Shown: positions 39,095 through 51,284 of the stretch, one piece after another | Numbering within the stretch: the first letter of the stretch is position 1 | Layout of the letters: each line of letters begins with the position of its first letter | Assembly: GCF_006345805.1 (NCBI RefSeq) | Contig: NC_043017.1 | Location: forward strand, 6,262,001 to 6,326,000 | Origin: Octopus sinensis | Taxonomy: Eukaryota | Direction: 5' to 3' | DNA: 64,000 nt | Position numbers and translations under genes: made by a program | Notes under the pieces: generated by a model | The model's database searches: none | Told to the model about the DNA's origin: nothing | What the model saw: only the letters and a program-made list of their open reading frames with translations

Positions 39095-39510
39095 CATATC
39101 TATCTTGGTAACATATAACAATATTGACCAAGGTTACCGTGGTCTTTTTCGTAGGCTTTTCTTCCCATAGATAAACCTTACTTGCTTTCCCCTTTACACC
39201 ATACATCATGACACTGTGATACACGATCCCTATTGATCGTTTTTTTCCTCTTTTTTCTTATTTTTTTATTTTTCTTTTCTTTTGTTCCTTTTCCCTTTTC
39301 TCTTTTCCTTTTTTCTTTTTTTCTTTTTTTGTTCTTTTTTCCCTTTTACGATCCCTTTTGATCGAAAACCTACGCCACCTTTTTATTTTATTTAAAAATT
39401 TTTTTTCTCCCCCAAAAGAAAAGCTCTACCTTGTAACTTGTCCCATCTGTGTGCAGCCCTGTGTGGCCAATAAAGAAACTTATCTATCTACATATCTATC
39501 TGTCTATCAA

Positions 39511-39555
<45 letters not shown>

Positions 39556-39877
39556 GTCTGCCTATCTGTTTGTCTGTTTTGCTTTCTATCTAGCTGTCAG
39601 TAAGTTGGTCTGTCTATCTATGTGCATATCTAGTTATCCCTGTCTGTCTGTCTGTCCTTCTTTCTGTTTTTGTTTATCTCACTATTGATCTCTCTATCAA
39701 TTTATCTGTCAATCTATCAATCGATCTGACTAGCTGTCTATTGACCTCTCAAGTGATCTATCAATAAATCTAACTGTGCATTCATCCATCTATCTATATA
39801 TCTTTATTAATAAATATATATATATATATGCACACACACACACACATATATATATACATATATACTTACATACATAC

Positions 39878-39937
<60 letters not shown>

Positions 39938-40424
39938 ATGTATATATATATGTGTGTACATTTATATGTATTTTTATATATCTGTGTGTGTGTACGTGTC
40001 TGTGTGTGTCTATCTTGTTTATCCATCTAGTTGTCAAGAGGAATAGAGATACCACTTCAACATGATTCAGTCCTTGATCAATTACTTCACCTCGCTGTCA
40101 GTAATAAATACCATATAGAGAAACACTCCTCTTTCTACGGCTTCTTTTCTCTGTGTGAGTGTGAGTGTGTGTGTGTGTGTGCGTGTGTCTTTTTCCAATA
40201 TAATGAATGCAAGTGAAATCCACAATATACTTCGTAGAGCGTAATTGTCAAATGTATTTGGTTATTGCATTTTCCATCACTACTCAAAGCTTTTTGTGAT
40301 TTCTCGTTTCCTCAAGTTAAAAGTGTTTCTTCTTTCATGAAAAATCCATTAAAAAAAAAAATCCAAACTGCTATATGTTTTGTTGTCTGATATAGGCCAT
40401 GTGTTTTACATGTATATATTTCTT

Positions 40425-40595
40425 CATTGCCCACAGGGGGGGGGGGCTACACATCGAAGGGACAAACAAAGGGATTAAGTCGATTACATCAACCCCAGTA
40501 TGTAACTGGTACTTGTTTAATTGACCTCGAAAGGATGAAAGGCAAAGTCAACCTCGGTGGAATTTGAACTCAGTGTGCAAACGATTCTGCCAGCT
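40425..40595 (-). mobile_element. Meta-like SINE
   Basis: Same core as 25325. Confidence 0.75.
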
Positions 40596-42065
40596 CACCA
40601 CCCTTAAACAACTGCCAATGATGTAACTGTAATGCATGTGCAGTGGAGAACCATGTTATTTATGTATTAGGGTGTTTGTGTATGTATGCATCTGTGTTTG
40701 TGTGTATGTATGTATGTATGTATGTATGTATGTATGTATGTATGTATGTGTGCATCTGTGTTTGTGTGTGTGTGTATGTATGTATGTATGTGCGTATGTA
40801 GGTATGGGTGGTAAATTCTTTGAACACCTGCTGCAAGAGGTGCCCATCATTTCCAGATCTATGCAAATGAGTGTGGGTCCCTAATAGGATTGCAAAGCCA
40901 TTTCTGCATGGCTCATGATTAAAACCAGAATCAATCACCGGCATTGCTGGAAATTGTGTTGCAACCATCACGTGTAAACGTATGTGTATGTTAGCAAGTA
41001 TATATATATGTGTATGTGTGCATGTATGCGTATGTCTTCATGTATGCAGTTAAATCTGCTTAATTGCATTTCAGATAATTACCTAATTTGGGAAATTGCA
41101 TAACTTTTTCAAATACCAAACTGTTTACCATTAAATGTATATGTGAGAGTGGTTGGTTAATTGCATATGCAAATGATGTCAATTTTGGTCAATTGCATAA
41201 TTTTGCTTTCAATTTTGAGTAACATTGCATAAAATCAAGTGTTTATTTGATTTAAGAGAAAGTGTTTCTGGAAGTTTCCATTTTCACAATGAGTTAAAAC
41301 GCCAATAGTCAATACTTGATATTTACCAACATCTGATGTCAAAAGAGTTAAATGTATTCATGTTATTCTTACCAATTCCATGAATTAAAGATGAAACAAT
41401 TTCAAATTCTGGTGTAATTCTATCTTGTTTTTAATTGTGTAATATATTTCTTTAATAAATAAATCTTCGTTAGAGATAAAATTTGTAAAAAGATATTTCT
41501 GAATCAAGCGGTGAATGGCCGCTGTTTTGTTGCTTTCGTTATTCACTTGATTAACCTGTAATTAACCTAATTAAATATTTCTTAACTCACATGAACTTAG
41601 CTGTTAGCTTTGACTAGTTCAATGTATTTGCGACAGACATTGTTAAGAACATAGGAGTCTTGTTACGTTTGGGGGCAAACTGGGGAATATCAAAGACAAA
41701 TGAAAAATTTCTAAAGAGGATAAGAGAAAACCATTGTTAGGTCAATATGAATCACTCATCATTATCATATCATCTTCATCATCATCATCAACATTATCAT
41801 CATTATCATCGTCATCGTTGTCGTCATCATTATTACCATTGTTTTGATGTTGACTTCTTCACGCTTGTATGGGTCAGCTGGAATTTGTTGGGGGCATATT
41901 TTCTGTGACTGGATGCCCTTCCTGTCACCTACCTTTAACTGTTTTCGAGAAAAATATTTCCCCACAACCAGACATGTTTTTATGGAAGATTGGAACTGAA
42001 GTTCACCTAATTGCACTGACAAACATCTCAGAATTACAAGGCTAGAAAACAATAACACACACACA

Positions 42066-42099
<34 letters not shown>

Positions 42100-42501
42100 A
42101 CACACACACACGCATGTATACACAGTAGGCTTCTTTCAGTTTCCATCAACCCAATCCATTCACAAGGCTTTGGTCAGCCCCAGGGCAATAGCAAAAACAA
42201 AAAACTTGACCAAGGTACCATGCAGTGAGATAGAACCTAAAACAGCATGGTTGAAAACCAAACATTTTAATCATGCAGCCATGCTTGTACATATTTATAC
42301 ACAACAGTGCATTTTTGTTTTTCTTTAGAAAACCTCAGGTAAATATGAAACCCAACAACGACTGTAAAGCATTTTGCTGTGAAACCTTGAACAGATGTAA
42401 ATACATTGTGCTATTCTCTTTGTACACAGAAAAATACAGGAGATTGTAATGATGTGTTTCACAGTTTGGTGAAGACAATTCATCATTCATCTGTCTCTTA
42501 A

Positions 42502-42722
42502 CACTTTAGCATTTAAACTGGCCATATCTGGCCAAAAGTATTCTGCCTGTTTTATGTTCAAACTGGCCAGATCTGGTCTCTCAGACCAACCCTACAATAT
42601 CGTTTTAAAAATTAACAGCTACCTCATCAAAATCTCATGGCTACAAGATAATGCATGATTAGTTCAAAACAATGTGGATGAAAAGGCATTAACTTTGGCA
42701 GAATAATGTGAACACTAAAGGG
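42502..42722. mobile_element. piggyBac-like MITE
   Basis: TTAA|CACTTTAG ... CTAAAGGG|TTAA. Confidence 0.7.
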
Positions 42723-42819
42723 TTAAGGGAACTAATGGCAAAGTACTGTTTAAATCATTAACAAACTACAATGTAGCTATCATGATCAGACTGGCTGCCC
42801 TCTCTCTCTCTCTCATATT

Positions 42820-43215
42820 CTTTTACTTATCTTAATCATTTGACTGCGGCCATGCTGGAGCACTACCTTTAGTCAAACAAGTCGACCCCAGGACTTATTC
42901 TTTGCAAGCCTAATTCTTATTCTATCTTTTGCTAAGCTGCTAATTTACAGGCATGTAAACACACCAACACCAGTTGTCAAGTGATTTTGGGAGGACAAAC
43001 ACAGACACACAAACATACATATACACACACATTTATATATATGTATATATATGATGGGCTTCTTTCAGTTTCCATCCATCAAATCCACTCACAAGGCTTT
43101 GGTCGACCTGAGGCTATAGTAGAAGACACTTGCCCAAGGTGCCACACAGAGTGACTGAACCTGGAACCTTGTGGTTGAGAAGTAAGCTTCTTACCACACA
43201 ACCACACCTGTGCCT
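42820..43215 (-). mobile_element. Family A SINE
   Basis: Tail, TA microsatellite and head. Confidence 0.8.
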
Positions 43216-43489
43216 ATGTATATTCATTTTTATATATACTCAGACATCCCATAAGTAAATAGACACGCTGCATTGTATCATTTTTATCTATATAGATGCT
43301 GCTTGTTAATATGATGCCCAACAGGTTAAATCATTTTAAAAATTGCATCAGTCATGTCTTGGAAATATTAGATTAAGTATTTAAATAAATCACATGACAT
43401 TATTTTGTTTCTAGAGATAAATCTTAAAAAAAAAACAATGGTAGTGTCTATTTTCTGTTGGGGTGACTGTGTATGTGTGTATGTGTTTG

Positions 43490-43520
<31 letters not shown>

Positions 43521-43680
43521 ACACATACATATAAATTTACCTTTAGGCTGTCAAATTGCTAATAAGCAACTCATATTATTTATAGTTTTCACCTTTACCA
43601 TTTTTGAAATCAGTGTATGAATTCAACAGTTTTCTTATAAACTGTCAAGGTTCGTGGAGTTTAACCCTAGGCGCAGTAAG

Positions 43681-43740
43681 GGCCACTGATGAGAATTTAG
43701 ATGCTCTGCATCAAAATTCAAAATCACCGATGGTCTGGCT
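43681..43740 (+). ncRNA. Decayed type I hammerhead ribozyme (G12 changed to A)
   Basis: GGCCA CUGAUGA GAAUUU-A-GAUGC-UCU-GCAUC-A-AAAUUC AAA AUCA-CCGA-UGGU C UGGCU. Confidence 0.7.
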
Positions 43741-43989
43741 AGATCCACTGGGACGGTTGTCTCTCCTTGCCAGTTATTAAGATAGTGCTTCTGTGGCGAT
43801 TGAGTTTGTTTAACTCTTATTTCTAGCAATGCTGGTACTGCTTAGTATTCGTTGTCACTTTAGTCATGTCTGTAAATTTCCTTTAGGTTGTTAAGTTGCT
43901 AATATACTATATATATTGAGGGTTCTTGGCCTAATGGTAAAGGTGTTGCACTCATAACTGTGACAGTTTCATATATCTGGGAAGTTGGA

Positions 43990-44520
43990 TAACATCATTT
44001 AACGTCCGTTGTCTATGCTGGCATGGGCTGGCACACTGGAAGGCTGTACCAGACTCAAGTCTGATTCGGCATGGCTTTCTACAGCTGGATGCCCTTCCTA
44101 AAGCCGACCACTCTGAGTGAGAGTGTAATGGGTGCTTTTATGTGCCACTGGCACAAGTGCCATTTGCATGACACCGGGGTGCATTTACATTCCACTGGCA
44201 CAGGTTCCAATTTGCATGACACCGGTATCTGCCATGACTGTGATTTTGCTCGGTTTGACGGGTCTTCTTCTCAAGCACGATGTAATTCCAAAGGTCTTGG
44301 GCATTGCCTCCGTGAGGCCCAACACTCAAAAAGTTCTCAGCTACTTTGCCTCCATCAGGCCCAATGCTCAAAAGGAAATAAGCCATTTTGCTTCCATCAG
44401 GCCCAACACTTGGAAAGGAACTCAGCCACTTTGCCCCCGTCAGGCCCAACGTTTGAGAGGAACTCAACCACTTTACCTCCGTCAGGCCCAGCGTTCATAA
44501 GATGTTCTTTATATGCCACC
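43990..44520 (-). mobile_element. RTE-type LINE 3' UTR variant with ~45-bp tandem units
   Basis: Tail GCTGGATGCCCTTCC at ~44085; TTTGC.TCC.TCAGGCCCAA repeated about four times at 44330-44490. Confidence 0.65.
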
Positions 44521-44934
44521 AATCGCAAGGCTTTAGTCAGATCAAGGCTATAGCAGAAGATGCTTATTTGAGCTACCTCACAGTGGAACTGAACCTGGAA
44601 CCATGCAGTTGAGAAGCAAACTTTTTACCACACAGCCATTCTTGTGCCTACATGTAATGGTAATTCTCCTTAATTGCTTTGTCTCACTGATTGAAATTCT
44701 TGCGCAACTGACCAAATTCCCATTGTAGATAATTAATTATGTAATTCCAATCTATTCTCTTTATTGTCTGCCTTAAGTTATTGTGACTCAATCAGACTCG
44801 TTATGGATTATAGAATAAAACAAGAAGGAAACGTTATTTTTTACTTACAGTATGTTCGGTGTGTGCATTAATTATTTGCTTTCTATTCAGTCTGTGGGAT
44901 TCGTTAATTAATAACTAGCAGCAGCAGCAGGCAG

Positions 44935-45400
44935 CAAGCTGGCAGAAACGTTAGAGTGCCGGGCGAATTGCTTTGCAGTATTTCGTCTGTCATTAAGTTC
45001 TGTGTTCAAATTCCACCGCGGTCGACTATGCCTTTCATCCTTTTGGGTTCGATTAAATAAGTACCTATTTCTTTATTACCCACAAGGGGCTAAACACAGA
45101 GCAGACAAACAAGGACAGACAAAGGTATTAAGTCGATTATATCGACCCCAGTGCGTAACTGGTACTTAATTTATCGACCCTGAAAGGATGAAAGGCAAAG
45201 TCGACCTCGGCGGAATTTGAACTCACAACGTAACGCAGACGAAATACCGCTAAGCATTTTGCCCGGCGTGCTAACGTTTCTGCCAGCTCGCCGATTAAAT
45301 AAGTACCAGTTATGCACTGGGGTCAATGTAATCGACTTAATCCCTTTGTCTGTCCTTGTTTGTCCCCTCTATGTTTAGCCCCTTGTGGGCAATAAAGAAA
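44935..45400 (+). mobile_element. Meta-like SINE with a second copy nested in the opposite orientation
   Basis: Host head 44935-45065 and tail 45293-45400. Confidence 0.85.
45066..45292 (-). mobile_element. Young full-length Meta-like SINE with 15-bp TSD
   Basis: TSD GATTAAATAAGTACC at 45051-45065 and 45293-45307; starts GGCGAGCTGGCAG, ends AATAAAGAAATA. Confidence 0.92.
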
Positions 45401-45464
45401 TAATTAATTATTTGCATTCTATTCAGTCTGTGGGATTCGTTAATTAATAACTAGCAGCAGCAGG

Positions 45465-45680
45465 CAGAAAGCTGGCAAAATCGTTAGCACGCCGGGCGAA
45501 TTGCTTTGCGGTATTTCGTCTGTCATTACGTTCTGAGTTCAAATTCTACCGAGGTCGACTTTGCTTTTCATCCTTTTGGGGTCAATAAATTAAGTACCAG
45601 TTGCATACTGGGATCGACCTAATCGACTGGCCCCCTCCCCCAAAATTTCAAGCCTTGTGCCTAGAGTAGAAAAGAATATC
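45465..45680 (+). mobile_element. Meta-like SINE with alternative tail
   Basis: Same head; tail CCCCCTCCCCCAAAATTTCAAGCCTTGTGCC as at ~4420. Confidence 0.8.
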
Positions 45681-46934
45681 TAGTAGCAGCAGCAGCAGTA
45701 GTAGTAGTAGTAGCAGTAGCAGGAGAATGGTTTCACTTATAAATTAATATTTATTGACAGGCGTGGCTGTGTCATTGGACAGCTGGGTGGATGGGTGGCT
45801 GTTGTCTCCAGATAGTTGAATGGCTGAGTGATTGGATTGTTCGATAGCTGGGTTGTTGGTTAGGGTGGTTGGAAGGTTAGGGTGGAGTGATTGGACAGTC
45901 AGGTTGTTGGGTGGCTGGATGGCTAGGTGGCTGGGTGGGTGATTCATTAGGTGTTTGGATGGGTGAATAATTGGATGGCAGGGTAGGTGGGCGAGTGATT
46001 GGATGGCTGGATGGTTGGATGGCTGGGTGGATGGGTGGTTGATTGATTGGATGGCCAAGCTGCTGGATGCCTGGGTGGCTGGGTGATTGGATGGTCAGGT
46101 TGTTGGATGGCCTGATGGTTGGGTGGCTTGGTGGCTTGATGACTGGGTAGTTGTATGGTTGGGTGGTTGCATGGTTGGTTGGCTGGGTAGTTGGGTAGTT
46201 GGATGGTTGTTCAGTTAGGTGGTTGGGTAGCTAAATAGGTACAGGACTGGGTGACTGGATAGTTTTAATGGCTGAGCGGTCAGATGTTTGGATATTTGGG
46301 TGGTTGAGTGATTGAGTGATCTGGATACGACTGGGTCTGGGTGACTGGATACCTGGGTAGTTAAATGGTCAAGCATGGGCAATTGGACAGCTAATTACTT
46401 TGAATGAGTGGATGGCAGGAAAATTGGGTGACCAGGTAATATAAACCTTTAGTACACTGTTGGTGCATCATGTCACCATATGAGTACTCTCCCCTGAAGT
46501 AACAGGGCAGTGGCAAGGGAAACAATTCTAGAGAAAATGCAATGTGCTAAATGTTAAATGACTTGATTGTGGAGGGGTTGAATGAGTGTCTTGTTACGTT
46601 GTTGAGCAATTGGGTGGGTGTTGGTAAGACAAGTGAGAGATAGGGGGACAGTCGAGTATTAGGGGTGGGCTGATGAATTGTTGGGTGGTTGCATGGCCAG
46701 GTGGGGTGTAAGAGTGTGGGTGATTAGGTTAATGTTGGAGGCAGTTGAGTGGTTGGATAAAGAGGTGTTTCGATGGCTGGATGTTAGGGTGGCTCATGTG
46801 CTTGAATGGTTAATTCTGTTCTGCAGAAAACATTTCATTTTTAAGTGGTCCATTAATCCAAAATCACGTGTGGAACTCATCAAACAAAAACTTTGGTAAA
46901 TTTGTTGCTCAAAGTCATTTTATTTCATGTTTGG

Positions 46935-47262
46935 CAAACATAGACATGCACACACACACAAATATACACACTCATATATACACATGTACACGCATACATA
47001 GGCACATACTCATGTTCACATATATACCCATACAGACATGCAAACATAGACATGCACACACACAAATATACACACTCATATATACACATGTACACGCATA
47101 CATAGGCACATACTCATGTTCACATATATACCCATACAGACATGCAAACATAGACATGCACACACACACAAATATACACACTCATATATACACATGTACA
47201 CACATACATAGGTACATACTCATGTTCACATATATACCCATACAGACATGCAAACATATATA
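46935..47262. repeat. ~105-bp tandem repeat (3 units)
   Basis: CAAACATAGACATGCACACACAC...CCCATACAGACATG repeated. Confidence 0.85.
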
Positions 47263-47566
47263 TATATAGACACACATACACTGATATCTAAAATTTAATA
47301 TACATCATATGTGCATACACACATGTGCACATATGCACACACACAGACATGCACACATGCACACAGATACATACACATACAAGCACACACATATACATAC
47401 ACTGACATCTAAAGTTTTATACACATTATGCGCATACATACTATAAACATATACACTCACATATATACACAGACACTCCCATATATACATATTAAGACCC
47501 TGTTACACACACACACACACATACACATATACACACACACACAAACAAATGCACACAAATACACAA

Positions 47567-47601
<35 letters not shown>

Positions 47602-47921
47602 TCTTTCTCTCACAACTTGTCCTCTCTTTGTGTGTACATATCTGTGTCAGTGAAGCTATGTGATTATGTTGTGTTTTGATTCTGCTCAAAACAAATGTGT
47701 GTGTGTTTGTGTGAGTGCAAGTATGTGTGCAAATGTTAATGTGTCTGGTGGTCTGGTGTATTTGTATTTATGTGTCTGTGTATGATTGCTACGTATATGC
47801 ATGTGTTTACCATGCACATGACCATATACATATATCTGTGTATGTGTGTGTGTGTGTGTGTGTGTACTGCTTTCTTTATTGACATATTTATGGTGCAGTT
47901 CGGTTAAAAAAATAAATTATA

Positions 47922-47970
<49 letters not shown>

Positions 47971-47976
47971 TATTAT

Positions 47977-48197
47977 AGCTATTACATGCCACTTTAGTTA
48001 ACAGTAATGTTGTCTTGAGATTTCTTTGAATTTCTGCACAATACAGGATGGTGCTTTTCTAAAGGTTGACAAGGTGTCTCAGTTTCAATATTCTTCAGCC
48101 TCTAAGGTAACAGTTTGGGTATAGTGCCAAGACCAGTAATTCCAAAGGGAACAATTGTCCCCTTTCTCCTTCACAATTTCTTCATCTTTCTGACTAG

Positions 48198-48198
<1 letters not shown>
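47977..48198 (-). pseudogene. Severely 5'-truncated R4/Dong-type element 3' end inside (TAA)n
   Basis: Minus strand RKMKKL*RRKGTIVPFGITGLGTIPK (RLE C-terminal VPIVIGALG-like motif); perfect (ATT)n on both flanks. Confidence 0.6.
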
Positions 48199-48233
<35 letters not shown>

Positions 48234-48393
48234 TTTAAAAGGATTGGCATAACTCCTCACAAAGGTAAATAGACCCCTTTTGGGGTCAATAAAATAAGTA
48301 CCAGTTGAGGACTAGGGTTGGTGTAATTGGTTTTCCTCTCTCCTGTGCCAAAATTTGAGACTATTATTATTATTATTATTATTATTATCATTA

Positions 48394-48754
48394 TTACCTC
48401 TGCCCTAGCGAAGACAAAGGTATTGTTTTCAGTCATGTTTATTTGTCTGTTTGTCCATGGACAAGATATCCCACAAACAACTTGATGGATTCAGCTGAAA
48501 CTTTCAGAGATATTTGGTCTCATGACTGGCATGAACTGATTAGATTTTGGAATCAATCCAGTGCTGGACAAGGATCCTGGATTATTTTTCCCGTTTTTTT
48601 ACTTAATTTTTGAGAGTGGTCGGGTTCATTTTTAGTTTTCTCATTTGTCGAGTTTATTTCAGATATTCTCATTTTAAAAACCATCTCCGGCTAATCATTG
48701 AGAGGAGGTTGGTGTTGCCTTGGTAGAGGTTTGTGCTTTTTGAGTGCTCTTGTT
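48394..48754 (+). mobile_element. Helentron-associated non-autonomous element (HINE/DINE-1-like)
   Basis: 5' TTACCTCTGCCC...AAGGT, GTCT-type microsatellite, 3' inverted CCTTGGTAGAGGT plus a short hairpin ending TT; architecture recalled for DINE-1. Confidence 0.6.
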
Positions 48755-48775
48755 ACTATTATTATTATTATTATT

Positions 48776-49334
48776 GAGTGAGAGAGCAGTGCATGCCATC
48801 CATCAAAGTGACACTGGGGTAAAATATACAAAGCCCAGTATACCCATCATGACTACCCGTCTGATAAGGGTACACCAGGCACATGCATCACAACCATATG
48901 TGCGTAACATGGTGATCTCATATCAAGATAAACAGTGCATCACCTTGCAGGTGGGGCCCAGTTAGAAGTTTCTTCTGGTCGAGTAACACATCCTGCTCAA
49001 AAGGTCCCTGAATAAGGGTTGTTCAAGGATGTGGAACGAAACACCCATGTTTCCAAAGGTGAATTATTCAAATCCAAAAGAATTCCGCTTAACACATGGC
49101 TATGATGCTCCCCCACTACTTCTGCTCGTGATCAGAGATGCACATATCGTCAGCCACTAAGGGACATGCCCAGCTGGTTATGGTCAAACAACTGACAAGC
49201 AAATTTGTGGAATTGATCAGAATATTTGCTGTAGCCCATCTTTTATACCAAGACAAAACAATGTACATGATAACACTTCCAATCAGTTAAGATCAGCAGC
49301 CACGAGAGCCACTGCCTGGTACTGCATCAGGGCA
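48776..49334 (-). mobile_element. Family D element (second copy) inside (ATT)n
   Basis: Reverse complement of 20856-21393. Confidence 0.75.
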
Positions 49335-51140
49335 ATAATTATTATTATTATTATTATTATTATTATGACAAGTGTCTAATTCTTAATTATATTTTTTTTA
49401 TAGCTTGAAACTGGGCTTAAACTCGGAACCTAAATTTCTGAAATAAGGGATATTATGATATTATCCAGCTGTAAATTTTTTAAGGATTTCTGAAGTGTGT
49501 AGTATAGTGGGTGGGGGAGGGGCATACTTTCTCACGGATAGAGTCTTTTTGTGTTTGTTTGGGGGACGGGTTTATATACACCATGGAGTCAACAGAGACT
49601 TGTTCGACCCCTAGGTACACTAACTAAAATCAAAGTGTTCACTGCTGCCCTTTAAACCCCAACTCCTGTTATGACGGGTCTTTGTACATATTCAACGCCA
49701 TCACCGTCACCACCACCACCACCACCACAATGATTGGCACCAGCACCACCGCCACAACCATCATCACCACCACTACCATCACAAGCATCTCCACCACCAC
49801 CAACAACAATACCATCATCAGCATCACTACCACCATCATCACAACCACCACCACCACCACCACCTCCACAATGATTGGCAACAGCACCACCACCACAACC
49901 ATCATTACCACCACTACCATCACAAGCATCTCCACCACCACCACCACCACCACCACCACCTCCATCGCCACCACTAAGTGGAATGAAGTGACAAGTACTG
50001 AGAAGGGAGTTCTGAATAATTTGGAAATATTTCTTCCTCTTTTCTAACACAGCCACCAGCACCACCAACACTGCTGTCGAAATCACCACTACCACTACCA
50101 TCGCCATCACCATCACCATCACCACCGCCATCGCCACTGCATATATTTGTCAATGTCGGAAGTTGATGTGTCAAGGGATTAGACGAGGGGACGAGGTGAG
50201 GTGTCGGAGATTATGAGAAAAACTAACAAACTATATGAGAAATATTGGCAAACCCAACCACACAGTACCTTCCCTGGTACTCCAACGACAGCGTAGAGGT
50301 GAGTGCAGAGGGATCTGTAGTGGTAAAGAGACGGAAAGAGGGGGAGAGAGAGAGTGTGGGGAGAGCGAGAGAGCGGGGCTGGAGGTTGTTGGAGATATTT
50401 TCTCAGGAGAGGCAATTTATCTGTAGAATAATTCTGTTTATTTAAAACACCTTTCTGTTGTTGACTCACACAAAAAAGAAGGATGTTTTTTGTTGATATA
50501 GATGTACACACACACACACACACAAAACACATACACTTGTGCACACATTTACATACACAAAATTAGCACTCACAAATACATATATATATATGTATATATA
50601 TTCTTATGTATATAACATGATAAAGTGTGTATATATATGTATATATATTTATGTGTGTGTGTGTTGGTGTGTGTAGGTATGCATAAGTGTACACATACAC
50701 ACAGATATGTAAATATATATACACTCAGGTATGTGTTTGTATATATACATACACATATACACATATACATACACATATACACATATACATATATATATAC
50801 ACTCAGGTATGTGTTTGTATATATACATGCACACACACAAACCCCTTCTACATGTATGTAAGCTCTGATACATGTGTGTGCATGAGTGTGTGTGTGCGTG
50901 TGTCTATATATGTGTGTGTTGGTGTGTAAGTGGTCTGTATAAGTATGTATAAATACATACACCACATATATAATGTACCAATATGCATACAGGTGTTTGT
51001 ATATTTAAACACACACACACAGAAGCCTCTGCTACACATATGTATTCTAATGTATTCTATGATACATATATGTGTGTGTATGTGTATTATATATACACAT
51101 ATACATGTGTTCATGCATACACACACAAACACCCATACAA

Positions 51141-51172
<32 letters not shown>

Positions 51173-51284
51173 TGTATGCTCATTACTCACCTGTAATGTA
51201 TGCAATTATACACTATGTATACCAGAAGTTCTTTGTTACACATTCTTTCTCTGTCTGTTCTGTGTGTGTATATATATATATATA

